A DNA stretch of 64,000 bases from a virus (IMGVR_UViG_3300005329_000001); one strand, 5' to 3'. Counted from the stretch's first letter, positions 36,149 to 44,719 are shown. Translations and numbers: made by a program. Notes: generated from the letters alone by a model not told the origin.

Positions 36149-36418
36149 CTACTTGAATAGGACGGTAGCCGAAGAGTAGTTTTGGGGACCGTCCAAGACC
36201 TTGTTGCAGAGGACGCCAGCCCTCTTCAACGCCTCCTTGGCTTTGCGCCCCTCATTGACGTCGATGGTGAAGTAGAGGAAGAATCCGCCCTCACGCACCT
36301 CGGCAGCCTCCTTCTTCTCCCACGTGCCCTCGGTCCACGAGATCGTATGCTGAGCGCTGAACATCACCATCAGGAAGTGCGTGAAGAGCTTCACCCAAGT
36401 GGCAACCTCGGCAACCAT
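36149..36418 (-). CDS. hypothetical protein
   Basis: 89-aa ORF. Confidence 0.45.
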   Translation of the reverse strand: MVAEVATWVKLFTHFLMVMFSAQHTISWTEGTWEKKEAAEVREGGFFLYFTIDVNEGRKAKEALKRAGVLCNKVLDGPQNYSSATVLFK

Positions 36419-36428
36419 GACCCGCCTC

Positions 36429-36674
36429 CTATATTCTTCTCATTTCCATTCTCAGTGCCGCGACCTCGCGCTCAAGCAAATCCAGCCGGTGAGCACTTCG
36501 GAGACCGTGATCGAGTGCTTGGGCGATCAGGTTGTTTGCCAAGTCACTGTCAGTCTCCTTCTTCCTCTTTACGAAGATAGCGTCCGCGAAGCTGGCGCCG
36601 ACGATGATACCACCGACGATTGAGAGAGTGATGCTGGCACCGGCGGACATCCCAAGCACCATCAATTTCATCAA
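36429..36674 (-). CDS. small single-TM protein, paralog family member 3
   Basis: MMKLMVLGMSAGASITLSIVGGIIVGASFADA...; 81 aa. Confidence 0.55.
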   Translation of the reverse strand: MMKLMVLGMSAGASITLSIVGGIIVGASFADAIFVKRKKETDSDLANNLIAQALDHGLRSAHRLDLLEREVAALRMEMRRI

Positions 36675-36908
36675 TTCCTCCCCTGTTTAATCGGCATCCT
36701 GACGCTGATGAAGTCCGGCATCGGGCCACCCGCCAACTGCGCCTCAATCTCTTTCGCGATCTTTTCCGCCAAGCTGTCATAGAACGTCTTCTTGGGCTTG
36801 GGGCGAGAGACGGTTTCCCAGATGCCCGCGCCGATCAAAACGCCTGCCACAAGAGCCATTGTGGCGGTCGCGCATGCCGAGAGTCCGAGAGCAGAGATCT
36901 TGAGCATA
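36671..36908 (-). CDS. small single-TM protein, paralog family member 4
   Basis: MLKISALGLSACATATMALVAGVLIGAGIWE...; ATG with SD cagggagaac (alt start 36949). Confidence 0.5.
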
Positions 36909-36952
36909 TGAGTTCTCCCTGTGAGTGATGAGGCAACTTCAAGCCTCATACT

Positions 36953-36963
36953 CTCTTATCCCC
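36953..36963 (-). promoter_or_regulatory. GGGGATAAGAG motif upstream of 36671..36908
   Basis: 17 nt after CTTAGCT terminator tail. Confidence 0.35.
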
Positions 36964-36985
36964 GATCTCTCTCGCTGACAGCTAA

Positions 36986-37036
36986 GAAGAGGGGAGGGCA
37001 CATCTGGCAGATGCGACCAGTGCCTCCCTCCCCTTT
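36986..37036. terminator. long bidirectional hairpin terminator
   Basis: aagaggggagggcac...gtgcctccctcccctttt; T-tract on + side, CTTAGCT on - side. Confidence 0.5.
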
Positions 37037-37075
37037 TCTTCTACCCAGCCCCGAATGGTGGGGCGTTATTGGCTT

Positions 37076-37273
37076 TCACAAGATCAGCAGCGCTAGCTCT
37101 TTGGCGTGGGCTCTGAGGTCTCGCACGTTGCGGTTCAGAATGGCATTGTCGGCGATCCGAACTACCACATCCTTGAACTCCTCGAACTCGGCGTCCGCGA
37201 ACTGCTCCTGAACGTCTTCCTTGCTTAGCTCGTACCGCATGGTCGGAACGTCCTGGAATGCGAGCATCATCAC
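37076..37273 (-). CDS. small acidic hypothetical protein
   Basis: 65-aa ORF, SD ggtagggtg. Confidence 0.45.
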   Translation of the reverse strand: MMMLAFQDVPTMRYELSKEDVQEQFADAEFEEFKDVVVRIADNAILNRNVRDLRAHAKELALLIL

Positions 37274-37362
37274 CCTACCCCCAGAATTTGCATTGTGACC
37301 GCCAGTGAGGCGCGGCTGATCGCAGAACCAGCGAAATTATGTCTTACGCTGTTTCTACATAG

Positions 37363-37373
37363 TTCTTATACCC
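37363..37373 (-). promoter_or_regulatory. GGGTATAAGAA variant motif upstream of 37076..37273
   Basis: variant with T for G; similar variant GTATAAGAAGG at 9139..9149 upstream of + gene 9175. Confidence 0.3.
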
Positions 37374-37377
37374 GTTC

Positions 37378-37671
37378 TCACCCTCGGCTTGCGGCTCGGT
37401 CGTCGTCCACTCGCTTCTTGCAGATACCGCAGTCGCTGAGGTGGTCGAGGACGTCCTCTTTCTGCTCTCTGTCCCTCCAGTCCTGGAAGACAGCAGCCCG
37501 CAGCTCGACGGGGCTGAGATGATCGTCCCCGAGTGGTTGATCGAGACGCGCTCGAGAGGCTGCATAGGCCTCCCTATCCTTGCTGAGCTCGTTGTGCGCA
37601 GCCTGGTATGAGAGGCCCTTCTCGGCGGCGTACGCTCGAACGACTTTCTTGAACTTCTTGTCCTTGGTCAT
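37378..37671 (-). CDS. hypothetical protein
   Basis: 97-aa ORF. Confidence 0.45.
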   Translation of the reverse strand: MTKDKKFKKVVRAYAAEKGLSYQAAHNELSKDREAYAASRARLDQPLGDDHLSPVELRAAVFQDWRDREQKEDVLDHLSDCGICKKRVDDDRAASRG

Positions 37672-37979
37672 CAGTCCTCTCGAACGCTCAATGGCAAGAG
37701 CTCATCAGGCTCGCCCGCCCGAATGCCCACTCTCGCGACCCGCTGGGCCATCTCCGCCATGCAGAGATAGGTGACGTCCAGGACCTTCATGGGGAGGGGA
37801 TGACCGTCGAGCAAGATCCATTCCCCAATGGACGGGATGTCGGGAAGATAGGCGATGATGCGCCCATCCCTGGTGTGAGAGTGACTCGTGAGACCACAGT
37901 CCTCGGTTGCCTTGTACGCCTTGCCCTTTGCCACAACGGGCACCAGCTCGATCTCCACGCGACCGTCTCGAAAGCTCAT
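37671..37979 (-). CDS. hypothetical protein
   Basis: 102-aa ORF, ATGA coupling. Confidence 0.45.
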   Translation of the reverse strand: MSFRDGRVEIELVPVVAKGKAYKATEDCGLTSHSHTRDGRIIAYLPDIPSIGEWILLDGHPLPMKVLDVTYLCMAEMAQRVARVGIRAGEPDELLPLSVRED

Positions 37980-38221
37980 CAGTTCCTCCTGGCCTCTTCG
38001 GCCTTGGACATTTCCTCTGCTTTCAGAAGCGCGGCCTCGAACTCGGGACCGCGACCGCTGGCAATGACATCGGCGATGAATCTGTCGCTTGCCTCTGCGC
38101 AGTCTTTGCAGCGCGGGATGGGCTTCTCGACGCCATCCGGGTCATCGAGTTGGTACAGCGGATCAGCGTCGCGGTTGCAGGGCCCAAAAAGGCCTACGCA
38201 CTTGGTCATGGTCACCTCCAT
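37979..38221 (-). CDS. small Cys-containing hypothetical protein
   Basis: 80-aa ORF; motif AGATAAGAGAGG then ggaggtgacc ATG (alt start 38209). Confidence 0.5.
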   Translation of the reverse strand: MEVTMTKCVGLFGPCNRDADPLYQLDDPDGVEKPIPRCKDCAEASDRFIADVIASGRGPEFEAALLKAEEMSKAEEARRN

Positions 38222-38224
38222 CCT

Positions 38225-38238
38225 CTCTTATCTCTGAG
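38225..38238 (-). promoter_or_regulatory. CAGAGATAAGAGAG motif upstream of 37979..38221
   Basis: abuts ggaggtgacc ATG. Confidence 0.4.
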
Positions 38239-38734
38239 AATGAGAACTCGTGAAGATCAGCCGGCGGGCAACCCATTCTTGCCAATGCGTAGGCACCTCG
38301 CTCTCCTCGTAGCGAACCCAGCCCCGATTGACCTTCTCGGCGATGAGAGGAACGACCTGACTGAGGAAGTAGTCCACCACCCCGTCGTGGTTCTTCACCT
38401 GCGCTGTGAAGGTCCAGTTCCGATTGGCGGCGCAGAGGCGGCCAGGGTGAGGAGACCAGCCAATGTCGTCCTCGAGCTCCGCATCCTCGCTCAGAGGAAC
38501 GCCCCACATGGGCCAGAACTCGAGAGTGGTCTCGCAGAGGGGCAAGAAGTCGCATCGATCGAACTCTCCCCATCCCTTGAGCTCGGGATAGAGCTCGGCG
38601 ACCACAGCCCATGTCTCTGCCTGGTAGCGCTGAAGAGCCGTGAGGCCGATGCGAGCGTAGTAGAACGCTGATACAGCCTCAAAGCCCCTCTGCGTAAGCG
38701 TCAGGTCCAGCCAGACAGCCGTGTACATGCCCAT
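38228..38734 (-). CDS. hypothetical protein
   Basis: 168-aa ORF. Confidence 0.5.
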   Translation of the reverse strand: MGMYTAVWLDLTLTQRGFEAVSAFYYARIGLTALQRYQAETWAVVAELYPELKGWGEFDRCDFLPLCETTLEFWPMWGVPLSEDAELEDDIGWSPHPGRLCAANRNWTFTAQVKNHDGVVDYFLSQVVPLIAEKVNRGWVRYEESEVPTHWQEWVARRLIFTSSHSQR

Positions 38735-38904
38735 CTCACAGCTCCCGGTCTTCTTCGATTCGCAGCGTAGGGGGCGTGATGAGGACGCCGCCGGAATAGG
38801 CCAAGAAGTTGTTCATCAGCATCTCCAGAGCGCTCTTGAAACGTTCGGCCTCAGCCTTGGTGTCGAACTCGGCCACGACCTTGAACTTGGGGAAGTTGGG
38901 CATC

Positions 38905-39180
38905 TCAATCCTCCTGAATGAGTAGGAGCCCGAGGCCCGTGACAGCGCTCGCTCCCAGCATGCAGCCAGCGAAAAGCTCGCTGTGGTGCCAGACCTGCAC
39001 TGACAGGCCGTAGATGCCGATGTAGACCAAAACGAGCCCCAACCAGATCCACCAACGCATGAAGTGCTTCTGGGTGGCGCGATAGAGCACCTGAACGGCT
39101 ACTCCAGCTAGCAGTGACCAGAACACAGCATGAGCGAGCAGTATCAGGTCCATCAGAGCCTCCACGATTGCTGCGGCCAA
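38905..39180 (-). CDS. small 3-TM membrane protein
   Basis: 91-aa ORF (alt start 39150). Confidence 0.45.
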   Translation of the reverse strand: MAAAIVEALMDLILLAHAVFWSLLAGVAVQVLYRATQKHFMRWWIWLGLVLVYIGIYGLSVQVWHHSELFAGCMLGASAVTGLGLLLIQED

Positions 39181-39500
39181 AGCCGCTTCAGAAGGTCGAC
39201 CCAGTAGGGAGGCCGCAACAGGGACGCGACCGGAATGCGGCGAGGGCCCTGGTAGTCCTCATCCTCGTAGACCTCCTCAGGCTCAAAGACAAAGACATCC
39301 CCGATGCGCTCGAACCTGTACACGTTGGACGGGTAGCCGTAGGTCCTGTAGAGCGACTCCGAGAACGCCCCAGATGCGGTCCTGTAGAAGCGGCTGATGC
39401 CGCAGGGGCAGTCATGCAGCTTCCTGGTCTCAGCCTTCCCAGGGGCGCCACAGGGGCAAATGAAGTAGTGAACCAGCACAGCCAAGCTGCACCTCCTCAC
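39153..39500 (-). CDS. Cys-rich hypothetical protein; first gene of leftward early block
   Basis: motif GGGATAAGAG then SD gaggaggtg; true start probably TTG/GTG ~39485. Confidence 0.45.
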   Translation of the reverse strand: MRRCSLAVLVHYFICPCGAPGKAETRKLHDCPCGISRFYRTASGAFSESLYRTYGYPSNVYRFERIGDVFVFEPEEVYEDEDYQGPRRIPVASLLRPPYWVDLLKRLWPQQSWRL

Positions 39501-39869
39501 AGCTCTTATCCCAGAGGCCCCAGGGCTTCTCCCAACCGGGCGCGCAGAAGGTCAGCAGTGGAGAGATAGGACAGACTCACCCCATTACACTGAGTAGATC
39601 GACCGCAACCAACAATCCTAACAGCCCTCGTCTCCGGCTAGCTCCCCAGGCGATAGCCTGGAGCTATCCCGCTGTAAGCCGATAAGCCCTACTCTGCAAA
39701 GTATGCGAAATTCCTTGCATTCTCCACCCCCGAAGTTACCAGGCAGGTGATGGTCTGTGACAATCCCAGCCTCTGTTGTCTCCCTACGGCCCTATAAGCC
39801 GGCTATGAGCTATCCAGCTACTAGACGAGGACTTGTGTTAGCCTCGATTGCGCCCCCTAAGGAGACCCA
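39501..39869. promoter_or_regulatory. 369-bp divergent non-coding control region between leftward and rightward early blocks (candidate divergent promoters/operators/origin)
   Basis: no ORF; palindromes CCAGGCgataGCCTGG, AGCCGGCT; direct repeats TAAGCCGATAAGCCC, AGCTATCC x2. Confidence 0.5.
39504..39513 (-). promoter_or_regulatory. GGGATAAGAG motif: first leftward promoter-like element at edge of divergent control region
   Basis: followed by SD gaggaggtg. Confidence 0.4.
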
Positions 39870-40229
39870 ATGGCCGATCAGGAACAGGAACCAGAGAAGG
39901 CGAATATCGGCGCTCTGACCAATGCCGCAGTAGCAGCTATCGGCTTGGTAGCCGCTAAGGCGCTACAAGCGCATGGTGTCGTTACGCTGCAGGTAGGCGA
40001 TAGCGGCTACATCGAGCTAGTTCCAGTAGGAGAGCTGGAGCTGGATAGGCTTTCAGAGCAGGAAGCGCTGCAGGAGCTGATCTCCAGGAACTACGCAGAC
40101 AGCCAGTTGGCCGATTATCTGCGCCAGAGAGCGCACAGAGCAGCATGGAAGCAGTACAGGCACCAAATGGAGCTGCAAAAGGAGCTCATGGAGGGGGCGC
40201 AATCCTCGTCCAAGGACGAACATCGCTAA
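39870..40229 (+). CDS. hypothetical protein; first gene of rightward early block
   Basis: 119-aa ORF, SD aaggagaccca. Confidence 0.55.
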   Translation: MADQEQEPEKANIGALTNAAVAAIGLVAAKALQAHGVVTLQVGDSGYIELVPVGELELDRLSEQEALQELISRNYADSQLADYLRQRAHRAAWKQYRHQMELQKELMEGAQSSSKDEHR

Positions 40230-40254
40230 TCGCTAGACCTAAAACAAAGGGGAG

Positions 40255-40400
40255 CCAGACGGAAAACAGGGGGGACAGTGTGAACCTAGACCAGTGTCCC
40301 CAGTTTTTTTCTACCCCGTAGAGAGCGCGAAAGAGTGAACCTAGTCCAGTGGGTGGGGATTTTTTCAGGGGGCTGATAGCGCGAGAAGGGCGTCAATTTT
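40255..40400 (+). repeat. two 17-bp direct repeats GTGAACCTAG(A/T)CCAGTG each followed by a T-tract; tandem terminator-like elements
   Basis: ggggacagtgtgaacctagaccagtgtcccc+T7; gagtgaacctagtccagtgggtgggg+T6; third T7 tract at 40385. Confidence 0.45.
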
Positions 40401-40418
40401 TTTCCTGGAGGACTAGCG

Positions 40419-40877
40419 ATGAGTGCAGTGCAGGAGTTTGGTGAGCTCTACAAGCGGTGGTACAGCACTGCTTCTGACTCAGAAGACAAAGACGAGCTGG
40501 GAGATCAGGTGGAGAGGGCCTGGGCGCTGCTGAGCTGGGAAGATCGGTTCAGGGCTGATCAGTACCGAGGGCTCTGCACCTGGAGTCCTCCTAGGCGTGA
40601 TACTGACAGCATCCTGCTTCCTGTCGCGCCGCGGGTCAGGTACGAGGATAAGCGGTGGTTGCGGCTCAACTGGAGCGCAGAGACTGGTGTCTTCAAGGCG
40701 TTGTGGAAGAACGAGCCGATTCAGGGCGTGGTTGGTGCTGGGGTCTTCTTCGGGCTTGTTGGCGGGGAGTGCGTTCTGAAGTTCGATCGTCTTCCTGATA
40801 TGGCGACCGCTGATGAGCTGCTTCGCGCTGGATTCGGCATCAGCGTACCGAAGGGCCTCATCAAGCAGGTGGCCTGA
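40419..40877 (+). CDS. hypothetical protein
   Basis: 152-aa ORF, SD ggaggactagcg. Confidence 0.5.
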   Translation: MSAVQEFGELYKRWYSTASDSEDKDELGDQVERAWALLSWEDRFRADQYRGLCTWSPPRRDTDSILLPVAPRVRYEDKRWLRLNWSAETGVFKALWKNEPIQGVVGAGVFFGLVGGECVLKFDRLPDMATADELLRAGFGISVPKGLIKQVA

Positions 40878-40903
40878 ATTTTTTTTTCTGGAGGAGAAGA
40901 CGC

Positions 40904-41344
40904 ATGAAAGCCTGCGGTAACAAAGAGTGTAAGGGTCTGGCTCTGAAACCTGGCGACTTCTGCGGGGGCAGCTATTGCAAGCTGTTGGGTGCACGAATGA
41001 GCGAAGAACGAGCAGGTAAGTTCCCCGCTGTCATGTTCCTGGGCAACTGGTTCTTGACCGACGACTTCCGCGTCTTCGCCCGCATGCGCTTGGTCTTCGA
41101 GGCGACGCGGGTGCGGGAGGACGGGACGAGGAGCGTGTCGGACGTGGACAGGATGCTGGCTGAGCAACTGCCCGGTCTCCGAGAGGCCATGCACGAGGCG
41201 GTCAGCACGGTGTCGCTGGAGGACCACGGGGACAGGCCGATGGTCGTCCACCAGGGAGGCATTCTCCGCGCCTACGCGCCGGCGAAGGACTGGATGGGGA
41301 AGGGCTGGGCTGTCGGCGACGCTGTTCCGTGGACTCTGGAGTAG
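40904..41344 (+). CDS. hypothetical protein (N-terminal CxxxxC...CxxxxC)
   Basis: 146-aa ORF, SD ggaggagaagacgc preceded by T9 tract. Confidence 0.5.
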   Translation: MKACGNKECKGLALKPGDFCGGSYCKLLGARMSEERAGKFPAVMFLGNWFLTDDFRVFARMRLVFEATRVREDGTRSVSDVDRMLAEQLPGLREAMHEAVSTVSLEDHGDRPMVVHQGGILRAYAPAKDWMGKGWAVGDAVPWTLE

Positions 41345-41348
41345 TGCG

Positions 41349-41684
41349 ATGAGCCAGGAGATCGTCAGTCGACCAGATGGGCAGAAGATTGGAGTCGCAG
41401 TTCTATACAGCTCGAACGCGAGCGCTGATGAGCCGAGGTATTGCGGGCGTATGATGCTGTATCAGCCAGCTCTCGGCTACTGCGTATCTCGGGACGAGCT
41501 CCCAGACTACTTGTTCGAGGAGACCTACTGTGTGTTCGGGAGACAGTGGGCCTTGCAGAGAGTCGCTATCGTCTACAGCGCGAAGAACCCCTCCGACTCA
41601 GTCATTCTGGAGAATGCAGTTCTAGTTCTGGATCCGAGACCCGCCCGCGATCTCCACGTGCCTGCTGCGTGGATGGCGCTCTAA
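41349..41684 (+). CDS. hypothetical protein
   Basis: 111-aa ORF. Confidence 0.45.
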   Translation: MSQEIVSRPDGQKIGVAVLYSSNASADEPRYCGRMMLYQPALGYCVSRDELPDYLFEETYCVFGRQWALQRVAIVYSAKNPSDSVILENAVLVLDPRPARDLHVPAAWMAL

Positions 41685-41687
41685 CTC

Positions 41688-41700
41688 GGGGATAAGAGCC
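41688..41700 (+). promoter_or_regulatory. GGGGATAAGAGCC motif upstream of 41706..41960
   Basis: followed by ggaggtgacg ATG. Confidence 0.4.
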
Positions 41701-41705
41701 TGGAG

Positions 41706-41960
41706 GTGACGATGTTGCGCTTCATCTACAGGGCGAGCCCGTCCAAGTCTGCAGGTGGCTTACTAGACGTGAAGCTCTTCCTGGCGAGGGATACTGGGGA
41801 GGAGACGTTCCAGGGTTCTGTGTCTCTGAGCGAGATCGAGTGGAAAGCGCTCAAGAAGCTGATGAATGTTGGTGACCTTCCGGTCACCAGCAAGCGAACC
41901 GTCCTGAAGATAGATGGCGAGGACACCCACGCTCTTTTGATGGTGTCCGATCGCTACTAG
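41706..41960 (+). CDS. hypothetical protein
   Basis: 84-aa ORF; motif GGGGATAAGAGCC then SD ggaggtgacg; followed by bidirectional terminator. Confidence 0.55.
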   Translation: MTMLRFIYRASPSKSAGGLLDVKLFLARDTGEETFQGSVSLSEIEWKALKKLMNVGDLPVTSKRTVLKIDGEDTHALLMVSDRY

Positions 41961-41965
41961 CCTGA

Positions 41966-41996
41966 TAGCTAAGAAGAGGGACGTCCCTCTTCTTTT
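41966..41996. terminator. bidirectional terminator between convergent genes
   Basis: agaagagggacgtccctcttct; TTTTATT on + side, CTTAGCT on - side. Confidence 0.6.
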
Positions 41997-41998
41997 TA

Positions 41999-42637
41999 TT
42001 ACTCCTCTGCGGTGAGCGGGGTGCTCACGATCGGCTCTGGGTCGAACTCCCTTGTTGGCAGATCGCGCATCAGGAGATCGAGCGTGATCACCTTCCTGCC
42101 TTCTGTCTTGATGATCACCTCCATGATTCGGCGCAGTCGATGGCTGCGCTCGCTGGACCCCCACTTCTTCCGCAGCTCGGCGAATCTGGAGCTCTGGTAG
42201 TCGCGCATGCACTCGAAGAACCACTCGATCTGATCGAGTTCGTCGGCGCTGAAGAGGTCGAGCCCTTCGATATACCTGATCATCGTCTTCCGCTCGCCGT
42301 ACTCGTATTCGCCCGTTGCGAACTCTGAGCACGTGATCTTGTTGAGCCGCTCCACAGCCGCCACGAACAGCGAGCCGATGCCGCAGACGCGGCACGAGGG
42401 CATCGCCTTCAGGCGGTCGCGGATCTGGCAATCGGACTGCCAGAAATTTTCGGCGAGCGGGTGGAAGTAGGTGCTCTCGGCGAGCATGCGCCGGTTGACG
42501 AGCTGTAGCAGCACGTCCTTCGCCAGCATGACACGCCTGGTGGACTTGTCCGCGGCTTCGAACCTGGCGTTCGTTTCCTCAATGCGGCGGCTGATGGCGT
42601 CGAGAACCTTCTTCTCGTCTTCCTCGGAGAGATACAT
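41999..42637 (-). CDS. hypothetical protein, paralog A of a duplicated leftward gene
   Basis: internal ATG MYLSEEDEK with SD caggaggaaattcc and motif GGAGATAAGAG; ~30% identical to 44863..45492 (RVMLAxDVLLQL, CxVCxIGSLFxAAVERLxKI, EVIIxTEG). Confidence 0.55.
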   Translation of the reverse strand: MYLSEEDEKKVLDAISRRIEETNARFEAADKSTRRVMLAKDVLLQLVNRRMLAESTYFHPLAENFWQSDCQIRDRLKAMPSCRVCGIGSLFVAAVERLNKITCSEFATGEYEYGERKTMIRYIEGLDLFSADELDQIEWFFECMRDYQSSRFAELRKKWGSSERSHRLRRIMEVIIKTEGRKVITLDLLMRDLPTREFDPEPIVSTPLTAEE

Positions 42638-42656
42638 GGAATTTCCTCCTGTTCGT

Positions 42657-42698
42657 CTCTTATCTCCTGGCCTGAAATTTTTTCTTGGGATTTTCTGG
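42657..42698. promoter_or_regulatory. divergent control region: GGAGATAAGAG (for 41999..42637) plus shared T-rich element AAATTTTTTCTTGGGATTTTCTGG
   Basis: same architecture repeated at 45511..45558. Confidence 0.4.
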
Positions 42699-42720
42699 TA
42701 CAAGAAGCTGGAGGTGATTC

Positions 42721-43152
42721 TTGGCCAACAAGGCGCGAGATCTGATTCTCGCTGTCATCGATGGAACACCCTACGAGAACGGGAAGCTGAAGCCCGCCGT
42801 CCGGGAGCTGGACGAGTACATCGAGGGATTGGAGGAGGAGCTGGTCAAAGCTCGAGCGGAGAACGAGAAAGAGGTCTCTCTACACAAGGGGGCTCGATCG
42901 CAGTTGGTCGCGATGGAGGAGAAGTGGAGAGAGGCGTTCGCCATGTGCGGGATGATGCGTCAGGCGCTCAACTTTGCACTCTCAGATCGAGGGCTGCTGC
43001 CGGTTACACGCGACAAGATCACTGACGCCCTCGCTTTCAGGTACAAGAGCTCCGACCTCTGCAAGATCTGCCAGCACAGTAAGCACGGCGGTGTCGAGTG
43101 CGGCGTGTCCACGGAGCCGATTGGTGATCGTTGCCCATGTGAGGGGCCATGA
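42721..43152 (+). CDS. hypothetical protein with C-terminal Cys cluster
   Basis: TTG start after SD ggaggtgattc. Confidence 0.45.
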   Translation: MANKARDLILAVIDGTPYENGKLKPAVRELDEYIEGLEEELVKARAENEKEVSLHKGARSQLVAMEEKWREAFAMCGMMRQALNFALSDRGLLPVTRDKITDALAFRYKSSDLCKICQHSKHGGVECGVSTEPIGDRCPCEGP

Positions 43153-43358
43153 AAGATCGAAGCAGCACCGTCAAGTTCGCAGTCTTCATCGTCGTCATGC
43201 TCCTGATCGCCCTACTAGCCCTGCTTCAAAGGCTGCCAGACTGCACTCCCGAGCTCGAGGGGCACGTGAAGCTGAAGGCCGCGAACAGGTGGTCTCGCGA
43301 TATCATGGTGTGCCGGCGTGGCTCGTGGCAGCCGCTGGTCCTGAAGGAGGCACCGTGA
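43149..43358 (+). CDS. small TM protein
   Basis: 69-aa ORF, ATGA coupling. Confidence 0.45.
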   Translation: MKDRSSTVKFAVFIVVMLLIALLALLQRLPDCTPELEGHVKLKAANRWSRDIMVCRRGSWQPLVLKEAP

Positions 43359-43726
43359 GCATCAAGGCCAAGTTCGCAGCCATGCGCGAGGCGCTTCTCG
43401 AGTGGAAGGTCTTCGCGCACTTCATCGACGTCGAGGACGCGGTCGGATTCGCCAAGGTACTCAACGCTGGAGAGGACGCGCTCAGAGACACGGAGGAGAT
43501 CGTCGCCCGAGTAGAGAAGATGGAGCTGGTCATCGCCGCCCTGGCGACATCAGATCCGCTCTACGAGAGGCAGATCTGGGTGGACGGCAAGCAGACGACC
43601 GTCGTTGTCTGCGCTCTGTGCGACGGCGAGATACCGGACGGGCACGGGGCCGACTGCCCGTGGTGGATGAGTCGCCAGCTCATACGAGAGGTCGAAGCCT
43701 TATCGGCTAATAAGAGCCAAAAATAA
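43355..43726 (+). CDS. hypothetical protein (C-terminal CALCDG...C)
   Basis: GTG start with SD ggaggcacc; part of track ORF 42974..43726. Confidence 0.45.
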   Translation: MSIKAKFAAMREALLEWKVFAHFIDVEDAVGFAKVLNAGEDALRDTEEIVARVEKMELVIAALATSDPLYERQIWVDGKQTTVVVCALCDGEIPDGHGADCPWWMSRQLIREVEALSANKSQK

Positions 43727-43740
43727 GCGTTGGACAGAAA

Positions 43741-43753
43741 GGAGATAAGAAGG
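43741..43753 (+). promoter_or_regulatory. GGAGATAAGAAGG motif upstream of 43766..44098
   Basis: followed by ggaggtgacac ATG. Confidence 0.4.
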
Positions 43754-43765
43754 CGGAGGTGACAC

Positions 43766-44098
43766 ATGAGTTTGCTCGACGAGCAGACGAAGCAGAAGCT
43801 CATCGAAGACTTCAAGACCAGCCTCAATCAGACGTACACCCGCTACACCGTCACGATTCTCGACCGAGTTCTGGTGATCGTCGACGCGATCTGCGCGGCG
43901 CCCGTGAAGCGAGGAACGCAAGCACCCAAGGAGGTCCAGATCCGCCAGGCTCTCGCCGAGCTGCTGAATCAGTACGTCCAGGAGGCGATGGGCAACGACA
44001 TCCAGTTCAAGGGAAACAAGATGCTCGTCGTCGGCACCGACGGTACGGTGCTGGTCGAGTACGAGCTCAAGTCGATGGAGGTGCCCCGTGGCTACTGA
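43766..44098 (+). CDS. hypothetical protein
   Basis: 110-aa ORF; GGAGATAAGAAGG then SD ggaggtgacac. Confidence 0.55.
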   Translation: MSLLDEQTKQKLIEDFKTSLNQTYTRYTVTILDRVLVIVDAICAAPVKRGTQAPKEVQIRQALAELLNQYVQEAMGNDIQFKGNKMLVVGTDGTVLVEYELKSMEVPRGY

Positions 44099-44399
44099 CG
44101 GACCAGATCCCGCCCCCTGCCAGCAGGACATCTTCGACGACGGCGAGCCCGTCTTCCTCACCTGGTCGATCCCCTCCAATGCGATGGAGCAGTGGGTCAA
44201 GAAGGTGGCGGAGAAGAGCGGGCAGCCGGTCGACTGGCACTTCTTCGGTGGGCGCGCCGTGGTGAAGGCGCTCGGCGACCTGAAGGCGGTGCGGGCGGCG
44301 ATCGAGGAGCTACTGCCGGAACACGACGAGCTCTTCTACAAGGCGATCGATGGTCTCAGCATCAAGGGCGTCAAGCCCTCGAGGGAGTTCTTCGAATGA
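44088..44399 (+). CDS. hypothetical protein
   Basis: 103-aa ORF overlapping neighbours. Confidence 0.45.
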   Translation: MATDGPDPAPCQQDIFDDGEPVFLTWSIPSNAMEQWVKKVAEKSGQPVDWHFFGGRAVVKALGDLKAVRAAIEELLPEHDELFYKAIDGLSIKGVKPSREFFE

Positions 44400-44719
44400 G
44401 CGAGCGACCGGACTACAAGAGGCGAGAAGAGCTGGAAGAGAAGCTCAAGGCGATGTTTGAGGCGGCGAATGGAGAGTACTTGAAGTTCGAGCGCGTCACC
44501 GAGCGGCTGAGCAACCGGCCGGACATGCACGCCCTCATGACGCTCGAGAAGCTCTTCCACGACAACAAGGACCTCATCGCCGGTGCCATCCACGACGAGT
44601 ACTACCTCTCGGTGCAGCCGTGGGAGCTGGCCACGTTGGCAACCCAGGAGCTCATCAACGATCTGCATCGCTGCGGTCTCAGATACAGCGAGGAAGCGGG
44701 GCTGTGCTTCTTTGCCTAG
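44396..44719 (+). CDS. hypothetical protein
   Basis: ATG overlapping TGA of upstream gene (ATGA). Confidence 0.45.
   Translation: MSERPDYKRREELEEKLKAMFEAANGEYLKFERVTERLSNRPDMHALMTLEKLFHDNKDLIAGAIHDEYYLSVQPWELATLATQELINDLHRCGLRYSEEAGLCFFA

Noticed and set aside
39501-40418. Possible tRNA or small RNA genes in the two longest non-coding gaps
   Set aside because: No cloverleaf-compatible stems or GTTC-type T-loop found by eye; repeats are better explained as operators/terminators. tRNAscan-SE would settle it.
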